Below are positions 1 to 11,120 of a stretch of DNA of 64,000 nt, in pieces. The position numbers were made by a program, and so were the translations under genes. The stretch spans positions 248,001-312,000 of the forward strand of contig JBEWZL010000101.1 in the NCBI GenBank assembly GCA_045837725.1, given 5' to 3'. The notes under the pieces were generated by a model that searched no databases, had not been told where the DNA came from, and saw only the letters and a list, made by a program, of their open reading frames with translations. This DNA is from Vermamoeba vermiformis. Taxonomy: Eukaryota. The stretch's first letter is position 1, and every line of letters starts with the position of its first letter.

Positions 1-2348
1 GGTCTTGGCGGGTGTTTTTTTCTTTTCTTTGGGCTCATCGTCTTCATCACCATTCTCTTCAATGTCCTCTTCTTCACCTTGCTCCTCTTCTTCTTTCGGA
101 TCCGAACTAAAATGAAAAATTAGAACATGAACTGCGACAAAAAGGGCACTACTTACTCGACAATAATTGACTTGGAGACAATTAAATCGAACTCCTTGAG
201 GTTCGTAGCGTTCTCAGGGTCTTTGTCGTCTCTGATTTTAACAATTCTCGGGAATCGAATTGACACTGCATTAGCGGTGTGCTTGATTGATCGAGAGAAA
301 CTCGTGCCTCGAATTTCAAACACAAATGATCTGTGCAAGGTTAGACTTAATAAAACATCTTCTAGCTACTCACTTTAGCGGGTCTTTCACGACGTAATCA
401 GGGGCCAGTGTTGAGTTGCAATCGAGCCAATAGGGCACTTTATCTGCTTGGCGCTCAATCTTCTCGAGATCAAATTTGTTTTGAATGTCTTTGAGTGTTT
501 TCAGATCAAATCCACTGCCTGCCTTGCACACTGTCTTCCACTGCCCAGATTTCTCGTCAAATGTGGCCATTAAGAAAGTCGATAACAAGCCGGCCTAGTC
601 ACTGAATTAGATTCACTCATCGTGCAAATAATCAGCACGTACCTTGTTGCCCTTGCCATAATACAGACCAACTACTACAAGGTCTACTGAATCAGCCATG
701 GCACCGCCCTCCAAGTAGTCCTATTTGTCGTTAATAAGGACGTTATGGTAATGACAGCCTGTACCTTTTTCAATTTGAGCCAGTGTCGCATGTTGGGTTT
801 GTAAATGCCCTTGGTATCTTTGATCACGAGACCTTCAAGGCCATCAGCCATCACACGGCGCATCTCCTTGTCGACTTCTTCAGCTTTAGTGGCCTCGACG
901 TACTCGCCGATTTCAATTCTGTCTTGGATAACTTTGACATTTTCAGCCAACAACTTCTTTCTCTTGTCGAGGGGTGTATCGATCAAGGACTCGCCGTTGA
1001 GGTACAGAATATCGAAGGCAAAGAAACAGATCGTTGCATTGGTGAATTTCTTCTTTTTGTTCTTGCCGATGGTACCAAACGGCAGCGGTTGATGCTTGAC
1101 TGTGTCCATCAACAGAATTTCACCGTCGAGAATAATCGTCTCTGCTTCAACAGCCTGAGGAAGGGACTCACGGACCTCTTCTACTTTGTCTTCTTTTACT
1201 GGCTTCAAATTACGCGAATAAAATGCCAGTTCGTCGCCGTTCTTGTGGATTTGCACACGTTCACCATCGTATTTGATTTCAACGTACATTCCATTCTTGC
1301 ATCGCTTCACGCACTCCTCGGCACCGTCACAAGGCCTATAGTATATTAGATCGGTAATAATAACGTGGTGAGTGATACGTACTTGGCCAACATGGGCTTG
1401 ATCGGTGACATGACACTCGTGCCCACGCTGAATCCTTTCTTAAGCGCTGGCTTCTTTTTCTTTCCGTTGCCTCCCTCTTCATCCTCTTCGTTATCGTCAT
1501 TATTGTTGTTATTCTCTTCGTCATCAAGTTCTTGTTTTTGAACTTTTTCTATGACTTTCTTCAAGTTATGTGAGTGCGTGTACGCTGAAATAATGTTAGT
1601 CAACAGGTATGTGAATAGAAAGCGAGACCTACCATCGAAAGCCTTTGGATGGAGGGCATTCAGTACGAATTTTGAACCAATATTGATCTTCAAATCGTGT
1701 GCCATGATTTTGCAGATGAACTTCAGATCCACTAAGAGACGTTAGCTATTGAGCATTGTGATGCGAAAATATCTTACTTGACGTGCACTTAGGTAAGAAT
1801 TTAGCGAAGTGGTGGACTTGATCGTCTTCTTTCGTTATTTTGGTCAATTCCTGGAATAATTGTTAGTGGTTGCTCGCTGTAGCTGCAATCGTACCTCTAA
1901 CCATGTATCAACTTCTTTCAATGTAATTGTACTTCTTTTTGCACTAGTCTCGCTTTCTTCGAAGAACTGCAAAATTGAATTAGAGAAAAATCGGGCAGAT
2001 CAGCGTTACAAGATAATTTTAAATAAATCAGAAAATTACCTTCTTAGCAGTTTCGGTAAAATCACCGTTAGAAAGATCGGTCACCATGTCAGCGTGATTA
2101 CTTTTCCAGATTCGTGACAGAACTTTGACGAGTTGCTTCTCTTTCATGTTGTATACTCTCTTATCATCTTTGCAGCATAAAAGCTTGCATAATAAATATA
2201 AATCTAATTTATCGTGATTTTTAATAAATGTCTTAACGATGTTCGTCTTGTTGTTGTAAGATGGCTCTTTCTCGATCTCTTTACATAATGTAATGAAGTC
2301 ATAGAACGTTCCTGAGCCGTCTGCGTTAGTTGCTTTGTTGTTGCTCAT
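1..2348 (-). CDS. LIG3: ATP-dependent DNA ligase III-like (multi-exon; 3' end runs off the window)
   Basis: Spliced ORFs give a DNA-binding domain (DLKFICKIMAHDLKINIG), PIKPMLA, the adenylation motif EIKYDGERVQIHKNG, EGLVIK, WLKLKK, and the OB-fold SIRFPR motif. ATG at 2348. Confidence 0.9.
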
Positions 2349-2622
2349 TTTGGGTTTGGTTAAGTAAATGAAAATGTGCCGCTAAGTTCTGTTTTCGGTT
2401 GAAACGCACGTGTTTTCCGCTGGACAAGAGCAAACTCTTGATAGCTTGCCGATAACAGTAATTGGATTAATAAATTACGTTTGGTGTCACTCGATAACCA
2501 ACTGCGCTTGAAAGACTAATAAACCTGAGAAAATATAACAGATGCAGAAGTGTCACATGAATTAGGCGAGTAAACGCACTAGTAGGTTGAAACTTGGAAA
2601 TTATTGGCAAATATCCAACCGA

Positions 2623-2653
2623 TGACGTCACCAGACTTCAAAAATCACGTGAC
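2623..2653. promoter_or_regulatory. CRE-like TGACGTCA and E-box TCACGTGAC in the divergent promoter between the ligase and the thioesterase
   Basis: Perfect TGACGTCA at 2623-2630 and TCACGTGAC at 2645-2653, 50-80 nt upstream of the thioesterase ATG. Function is inferred only. Confidence 0.3.
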
Positions 2654-2704
2654 GGAACATAGATAAATCCAATTCCGTCGCTGAACATTCCTCACAACTT
2701 TTTG

Positions 2705-3543
2705 ATGAAGCTATCCACGAAGCTACTCTTTGTATTCTCAATTGCCATGTCGCAAGCACTCAAAACCACTATTTTACCAGCAGATCGCCCTTCAGCGGCT
2801 GTCATTTTCCTTCACGGACTCGGCGGAACTGGAGCAAATTACGAAAGCTTAATTAGACCATTATCACCTATGCTACCACACGTCAAATTCATTCTGCCAC
2901 AAGCGTAAGTCAAGCGATCTTCTGAAAAAATTGAAAATTTTCTGACGCAACATTATTCGACAGACCTGTGAGACACATGACTATCTATAATAGCAAAGTT
3001 CCATCGTGGTACGATATTAAGGGCTTCAGTATTGACCATTTGGAGGACGAAGAAGGCATTAAGGAAAGTGCCAAAAAAAGTAAGAATTCTCGGGGTCTGC
3101 AATTATTGAACTATTAATAACTAATTATCCTGGTAGTTCACGACATAATCGAGGGTGAAATTAAGAAGGGCTTACCTTCAGATAGAATTATTGTTGCCGG
3201 AGGCAGTCAAGGTGGGGCGGTGGCCTTGTACGCAGGTCTAACCTACGACAAGCCATTGGCTGGCATTGTGGCCGTCAGCACTTATCTTCCTCTGCATAAG
3301 AACTTCCCTGCCGCACTATCAGATGCGAACAAAGCCACGCCCGTGTTGATGTGCCACGGCGACGCAGACAACGTTGTGCGACCAGAGTGGGGCAAGATGT
3401 CGTACGAAATTCTCAACAAGGTCCACTCCAACATCAAATTCAAGTCGTATCCTGGCGTTGGTCACCAAATTTCATTTGACATTATTGGTGACGTTGTTGG
3501 ATTCGTTGCTAAATACGCAAAGGCAAATTCGCAACAATCATAA
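2705..3543 (+). CDS. Acyl-protein thioesterase / lysophospholipase (3 exons)
   Basis: AAVIFLHGLG, PSWYDI, nucleophile GGSQGG, HGDADNVV and GVGH catalytic His. In-frame ATGs at 2705 and 2747. Confidence 0.9.
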
Positions 3544-3573
3544 TAATATTGTAAATAAATAATACCTTTAATA

Positions 3574-5872
3574 TTATTCGGGCAGCACTTTGTAAGGATT
3601 CATAATGCCGTTCGGGTCGATAACCTTCTTAATAGACTTCATTAATTCAACCATTACTGGTGGCTTGGAGTAGTGGATCAAGTTTGCCTTCATGACTCCT
3701 AAGCCGTGTTCTGCGCTGATACTTCCCTTATGTGACGCTGTAAACTCGTAAACATAAGGCTCTATAATATCTTCAGTCTCGCGATTGTACTGCGGAACCA
3801 TGACGTTCAAATGCAAGTTGGCTGTAAAGACGTCATTAAAAGTCATTTTAAGTGTAAGTAAGACGTACCATCTCCAAGATGTCCGTAGCCGATTACTGTC
3901 GTGTCCTTGTGATTAACAAACTTCTTTTTCATCTCTTCGACAATCGTGTACATCTCTGAGACGGGCAGTGAGATGTCATACTTGTAAACTTTTCCAGCCT
4001 TTCCTAAGGATTCAGGGATGGTTTCGCGCAAGAACCAGAGCGATTTCACCTTGCAGATAAATTTTTAACAAAAACTTCTCGCGTGCGAGGAAATATGCAG
4101 TAATACCTGAGTTTCATCTTGGGCAATGGTTCCGTCGGTAACAATGCCTTCGCCCATTACTTTTTCCAAAAAGTTGCTGACTTTCTAGGGTAAAAGTTAG
4201 CTTCAGACAGGGAAATAAAATTTTGAAGCAAAAAACAAAAAAAAGAAATTGCGCCCGACGGGACTTGAACCCGCAGCCTCCTGGTTCGTAGCCAGACACT
4301 CTACCACTTGAGCCACGAGCGCTTGTTATTTTTAGAGTTCAACTATTTTTTAGTTACCCGTCGTTCACGGAAGAGTACTTGCCTCTTTGTCGTGATCTGC
4401 GTTCGATCCAGAGGTTTCAATCAGTACGTAAAACGGCTTCTTATCCGACAAAGGATCTGCGACGCCCTTGACTGTCAAGACCTAGTCCATACATTAACTC
4501 TCAACGATGTGCAAGTGTCAAACACGACTTACAGTTTCCAGAGATCGTCGATCCAAAAACTCGAACGCGGACAATATCTCGCCAAGCTCCTTTTTTGCTT
4601 CAACAAAAAGTGTTTGTACGCTTGCGAATGTATCCAATGCTAGGAACATCACGTTGATGCTCTAATTTCAGAACGTTAGAGCTGTAAGCGGTGCGAAGAT
4701 CTAGTTACCTTTGGTCTTGGCGGACACAAAATAGCTAACTTTGTAATGATTCCTAATGTGCCTTCGGAGCCAATAAATAACTGCTTAATATCATATCCAG
4801 TGTTATCCTTGCGAAGGACATTGATGTTGTCTAAAACTCGACCGTCTGGCAACACCTGCAGTCCGATTAATGTCCATCTTACAGATATCCATGGATAATA
4901 CGTACAGCTTCTAAACCGAGAATACTTCCGTGCAAAGATCCGTAGCGAAGGAGCCGAATGCCACCAGCATTGGTAGCGGCATTGCCACCAATTTGACAGC
5001 TTCCTTTTGCTCCCAAATCCAACGGGATAATACAGCCCTTGGTCTCAGCGAACTGATCGAGAGTCTGTAGAATAGCACCAGCCTCGCAAACAAGTGTACC
5101 GCTCACCTATACGCTGGTTAAAGTACAGTGCTTACGAAGCCAAGCTTAGTTACCTCATTAAAAGCTACTATTCTGTTCATTCGCTGAAGATTGATCACAA
5201 TCTCATCGTGCACGGGCACACTTCCGCCGACCAATCCTGTGTTTCCTCCTTGAGGCACAACAGCCAACCTGAGTGTAGTGTCAGAACTTGGATCGTGCCA
5301 ATAGGTTCTATACTTACTTTCGTTTGTTGCAATACGCTAAAATTTTAGAGACCTCCTCTGTGGACTTTGGTCGCAAGGCAAGTGAAGTCTGACCCTAAGA
5401 GCACGCGTTATAATTCGCTTCGAATATGCTGACTCGCGTACCTTGTACTTTCCCAACCAGTCTGTGTTGAAAGGTTCTAACTCAAATTTATCTTGAACAA
5501 TGCCGTTCGAATCGACTATGCTTTTGAAGTGGTCGATATCTTCATTGGTTAGCTGAAAAAGTTTCGTTAAACATGCTAGCCGTTACAACATTTAATCGGG
5601 ATTTTTAAAATATTTTGCACGGTGATATAATGTATTGTGATGTATAAAATGATGCTATTTGTTTTATATTAATTTTTCGGGTTCTGAATAATTTCAGACT
5701 TGACATCTGCCCATGTATTTACCTTGGCAAAATCAGCACGTCGCTCCGGTTTCTTAAAGAAGTGTCTTGATATTAATAATGCTGTAGCGGCATGACTTTT
5801 GTCTGATCTGACACAATCCACTACGTGTTTTGCTGCGCGGGATCTTCGGACGATTTTTGATACCAAAAACAT
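3574..5872 (-). CDS. D2HGDH: D-2-hydroxyglutarate dehydrogenase, FAD-linked, probably mitochondrial (multi-exon)
   Basis: [62 protein letters not shown] and [12 protein letters not shown]. Arg-rich N-terminus from ATG 5872. Confidence 0.92.
4250..4322 (-). tRNA. tRNA-Arg (anticodon ACG) inside a D2HGDH intron
   Basis: Reverse complement GCGCTCGTGGCTCAAGTGGTAGAGTGTCTGGCTACGAACCAGGAGGCTGCGGGTTCAAGTCCCGTCGGGCGCA has an acceptor stem, D loop, anticodon arm CTGG-CTACGAA-CCAG and GTTCAA T loop. An oligo-T Pol III terminator follows. Confidence 0.95.
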
Positions 5873-5972
5873 TCGTGTTGTGCTTGCTGCTATCAAGTTA
5901 GAACAAATACTTGCTTTCGGTTAGATCTGAAACAAACAAAAATTTCTGTCTGGAAATTTAGTGCATTTTTAT

Positions 5973-8900
5973 TTACAGTTGCGTGACCAAATTATCGACA
6001 ATACGAATGTTGGCTTTGATGATCTTCTTTTGAGACATCTTATACCTCAAAATCAGGCGTTCTCGTACAGAAAGTTCTGATCTGTTTAAACTTTCTGCGT
6101 CATCTTCAATACTAGTTTCATAAGACTCGAGCATGCGATTGAGCATGAATTGCAAGGCCTCGAGAGCCATGCGCTCGTTCTCACTCGAGACGAACATGTC
6201 ATCGTACTCAATCAGAGTCTTGTCGTTGAAGTCTTGGGTCTTGTGGACCCACGCAGTCACTTCTTCACGTGACATGGCACAGATTTTCATCGCAGCTAAT
6301 AACTGCAGCGACATTGTACAACGGTTGAGACGGTGGCTCAAGCTGCAGGCGGAGATTAGTACGTTCTATGAGCGAGCAGTAGCGTCGTACCTGAGCTTGT
6401 ATCTATTCAACAGCTGCAGCTTCTCTTCGCGCAAATCATGGTCAGGCGCAATAGTCAATTCAAACTCAAGCTCATCTTGAATATTGTCGTCGAAGATGAG
6501 ACCGAATTGAATCAAAAGCCACGTGTTATCAAGACCCCCGAAGTTGCTGCTTGCCTGTAGAATTTTTAGGGACGACGGATGTTAATTGTACGACAGGTGA
6601 GCGTACCATGCCAGGCACTGTAGCGACGACGGCAATACGTTGTGTTGCAAAGTCGACGGTAATTCGCACGGGATGAGCTGCGTTGGGTCGAAGTTGATTT
6701 ACAGTTGGGAACAGCACGAGAGTCGATTCATCGGCGTTGTCAGGGTTCAATTGAGCTTGCTCGCCAAACAAGCGCAGTGTACTTTGAGCCCAGAGCCAGC
6801 GGTCAAAAGGCTCGTTGTACGTTTGACTCTCCGCCAAAAGTTCGTTCCTCATCGAGATAATTTGTGCTAAAGTGATTGTAAGTACTTAGGTTAGTACAGT
6901 TAGAGTAATGGCTTACCATGAGCAGGTGTGCCTTCTAACGAGTCGACTTCTTGGTCATTAAAGTTGATGGCCGTGTGATATTCGACACTGCGCAGAAGGT
7001 TGAAGAATGACTCCCACTGCTTGGTGTCTCTGTCTGCAGCATTCGACTCGTCAAATCGAATTCGAATCAAGAACAAACAGATTAACGCATCGTCAGGAAC
7101 GGCAGGCCACCGTGACAAAATATCTTTTCCGATATTCGTTTTGCTGATAGTGGCGCGACAAATCAATCGGTCAAAAGGCACGGAAACAATCTCGCCCTCG
7201 TTCTAAAGCACGTTAGCTTTGATGTGTTAAACGATGGTTGATAACATACCGTGGACCCAAACGAGTTGTTCCAATCATCAGCTTCTTGCTTTACAGACGC
7301 TGCAAGGAACGCACTTTCAAAGGGGTAAAAGTACGGCTGATCACCAATGATTTGAATGAATTCTTTGCGGAGTTCTTTGATCGTGCTCAGTATTGACTCT
7401 AAAATATCGATCTAAAGACGAGTTAAATTAACTGCCAAAAATAGGTTGTGACTTCTTACTTGTTCAGCTCTATAAGTGAGCGCCATTTTGATGTGATAGG
7501 GATGACCATTTGTTGGTAGAGGCACGGTCTAAGATAACGTTAGATTGATCAATGGTATTATTAATCGCACGTACCTCCAACGCCTTTAGTTTGTCCAAGT
7601 GAGTCTGGAACTGACGAATGAGATACGTGTACATTTGTAGCTCGTTCTCCACGGTGATGAATTTGAACTCCTTATTGGTGGATCTGCTGAACACACGATG
7701 CTCGTTCATGTGATCCGTAGCAATATCATCGACTGCAGGTAACAGTGGTTCTCTAGGACTGTGCATCGGTGTCTCAGCTCGTTCATAGTGCTTCTTGTTG
7801 TAAAAATAATATTGTTCGGGGGTCATCAAATACAATCGGGCGGCTTCCATCAATTTCTCGGGAATCTCGCCCTTCTTGATTACATATTTACCGCTAATTA
7901 AGTTGGATTAGTATAGTTTATAAATAGTATTGTATTCGATATCTACCTCAAGCGCTTCTTCCTCAACAACGAAAATTTGTTGCCGACCATCGGATCTTTC
8001 TTCGACAAGCCAATTTTGAGCCAAAACGAGTTGTTGAGATTTCCTTCGATCATGAATCCGTAATTTACAATCAAATGTTCGTTAGATTTCTTGCCGTAAT
8101 TATTCATCACCTGAAAAGTCGCGTCAATGACACCGCCTATGAACCAAATCAATGGCGCACTTACTTGCAGACCTGTTTTTTCAGGTTCATATAATATTTG
8201 AAAGTTGAACTGTTCACTCTCTCTTTCGGCCGAGTAATAGGCCTAAAGGTCACGTTAGTTTGTATTAAATAAGGTCTCATATACAAACGTACTCTAGTAT
8301 TGAAATCATGATTGAAAAAGTCACAAAACGGCACCAAACACGACACTGAAGGTGGATCCTCGTCGCGGTAATAAAATTGCAAGTTGGTGTTTTGCACGAT
8401 AACTTGTCCCGTGCGCACTCCAAATGCTCGTGAGCTGAATAATGAATGGGCCCATATAATTTCTTCGCGAGTCAATGCTGAATCAATCTCTTTCATATTC
8501 AAGTAAATGTATTCAACGAGTTTACGTGATTGTAAAGTCAGATCTGTCATTAATTGTTAGCAAGTCCATTAATGCTATTTAATGATATTCGCGTACCATA
8601 TAAATTAGATCCCTTAACTAATGCTAATTCATCTTCACTCCAATGTAAAACTGAAGTAAACGTTTTCGGCAATAGATCTGTGCGGTTCACACGGTCAATC
8701 CAATAATCATTATCTATTAAATATCGCTAACTGACCCAAATATTTTCGCCAATAAGTATTTGGATTTCTATTCTCTTGAATTAGAAACATGTAGGAAGCA
8801 ATCTGTTCCGAATCCAGCAACAGATCTGAATCATTATCGGCAACTAAGTGCTTTCCTAAGAAATCATGTAAGAAATAAACGGTATTAAACCTTGTCGGTG

Positions 8901-9290
8901 CCTACCTTGCTCTTTATCGTGGGCAAAGAAATCCGGATACCTTGTCACGATTTTATCTCGCAAAGGTTGCGCTTTTTCAGGGTGCAATATCGTGCAAAAT
9001 ATTAAATTGAAGGGAACAGACAACTCTAGCAAGGATTTGTTCTCCTACAGAATTAAAATTAAATTTTTATTGGATGAAGTCGGTTATTTCGTGTCAACTA
9101 ACAAATTTAGGGCGATCATCAATATGATTGTTACCTGTTGGTATTCTTTGAGTTTTTCAGCCGATTCAAACACGAGGCCATATCCACCCTCTTCAGTTTT
9201 CGCAATGGTTAATCCGTTAGGCTTGATCAGACCTTCAGCCGTTACCCATGCTTCAAATTCTTTTAATTTACGCTCGTGCGTCGTTGCCAT
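5973..9290 (-). CDS. SETD3/Rubisco-LSMT-family SET-domain methyltransferase with two tandem SET + substrate-binding modules (multi-exon)
   Basis: First module has GYGLV, WAHSLFSSRAF, LVPFCDFFNHD and NNYGKKSNEHLIVNYGF. Exon phases join in frame to a second similar module (SVPFDRLI, WLWAQS, NFGGLDNTWLLIQFG, RLILRYKMSQKKII). Confidence 0.8.
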
Positions 9291-9570
9291 AATCGGGGGT
9301 GCTCAACTACTAAATTTTGATTTTTGGATCCAAAAACTAACATTCAAGCCAGTCGAATTTCAGCACGTGTTAGAGTAACGAAAGTAATGCATGCTAGCCA
9401 TACGATTATAACTGTTCTGGTTGTCGGCGCCCGAAGTAATGAAAGCGAAAACGCGGCAAATCCAAAAAGGAGTTTTTTTAGTACAAAAATAACTGTTTAT
9501 TATTTATAGAAACAATATTCTATTAGCCATCGTAAACTGACAAACAGCTAGAATTACAGATCGAGCTAAA

Positions 9571-9789
9571 TTATTTGCTTCTGCAGGCATTAATAATAGT
9601 GTACAGCAACTGACCAGGCAGGAAAACAGCTCCGATGACGATCATTGCCACTCCACCACCATATCCACCTGGTCCGCAGAGGAAGCCCATACCTTGGATG
9701 CACAGAGAACCGAGGATAATCATAGTCAAGTAGCCGAGAGAGAAGAGGACGGACAGAACGATCGTAATGATAACGGGGGTACTAGGCAT
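9571..9789 (-). CDS. Small 72-aa protein with two hydrophobic helices
   Basis: Intronless ATG-TAA ORF with two long hydrophobic stretches separated by a Gly/Cys loop (CIQGMGFLCGPGGYGGG). Confidence 0.6.
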   Translation of the reverse strand: MPSTPVIITIVLSVLFSLGYLTMIILGSLCIQGMGFLCGPGGYGGGVAMIVIGAVFLPGQLLYTIINACRSK

Positions 9790-9929
9790 TGTTGATGCTA
9801 CAATTGAGGTATGCTTGTTCGCAATGAGAGATACAGTTTAGATTAAAATATATTGTTGTAACGGCAACGACCCGAAATTTTTGACAATTCCCAAGCATTT
9901 ATCTCCGAACACCTGGTACAACACCTACC

Positions 9930-10951
9930 ATGTCTCAACCAAGCGACTCTGAGTCTGAATTCAAGGAGTTCATCGACCAAATCAATGTCTTGCAGCAAAT
10001 GCAAGGCACGGAGCAAGAAGAACTCAATCAACAACGAAGGATCAACGTCGATCTTATGGAAGATCTACTTAGAGGTGCGTTGAAATAATTTTGATGATGC
10101 CGGCTCATTGTTTATTGAGCAGCTAAACGCAAGTTAGAGGCTAAGATTGCTCAGTACGCGAGGTTGAATTATAGACAGGCGCAATTACAAAAGGACAACC
10201 AAGAACATCAACAGCTTCTCGACACCCTTATTCGAGGTAAACCCATCTGATTTATGGTAATTTTAGAATATTTAATTTCTCATACCGATCAGAGAACGAG
10301 GTTCTGTTAGCGAAAGATATAGATCAACGACATACACTCGAAACGTTGAGGAGAAAGCATCAAGAGGAGTCGTAACTATAATAATAATGGTAAAGCATTG
10401 CTAAGTTTGCCATTCAAGGCGTTTCTATCAGACGCACCTCGAGCGGCTGGATCGACTGTCGCGAATCAAAGAGAGCTATTTAGCATCGCTCGAATGCTCT
10501 CGTCGTCTCAAAGACCTGCAGAAACAACTCTTATTGACCGAAAGCCATGGTAAATTTGGTTAATCGTACTACTGTTCCAGACGCTAATCCGTTACGCGTA
10601 GTTGCTACCTTGCTCAACGAAGAGAACGCGCTTGACAATCAAATAGCTACTATTGCGGTTGAATATGAAGATGAACGAAGACTGATGAGTCAAGCTGCTG
10701 AACTGAATGCCGTGGTGGAGCGTTTGAACGACCGTGTAACGAAGGCGAGAGAAGAGCTTCAAGCTGCTCAAACTCAAGCTGGTGAGGTGTCTGCTATGCA
10801 CCGCGAAGACTACAGCAGTACTATGACCGAGGTCATTCAGTTAGATCGCGAGAGCCAGCAGCTAGAGTCCTTGTTAGAGAAGGAACGCATGGAGGCTGAG
10901 GCACTCAAATTTGAGCTCTCGGAGTACGACAAACAGATGCTCGTCGATTAA
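9930..10951 (+). CDS. Coiled-coil protein of unknown function (multi-exon)
   Basis: E/Q/L/R-rich heptad-like exons separated by GT-AG introns, starting MSQPSDSESEFKEF. AATAAA lies downstream. Confidence 0.65.
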
Positions 10952-11120
10952 CTCCCTATCATGTACATAATTGACTTCGATCCATGTCGCACTGCATGCG
11001 TCCCGCGCGGTAGCCTCGTTCATGAATAAAAGTCTATAAATAGTCGTGTTTTTTGGTGCACGAGCGGTTTTTTAATTTTTTTATTCCCATTTTCATAAAC
11101 AACGTAACACTAAAGTCGCC

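Noticed and set aside
4114-4299. 61-aa minus-strand ORF
   Set aside because: It starts inside the tRNA and runs through intron sequence, so it is not a gene.
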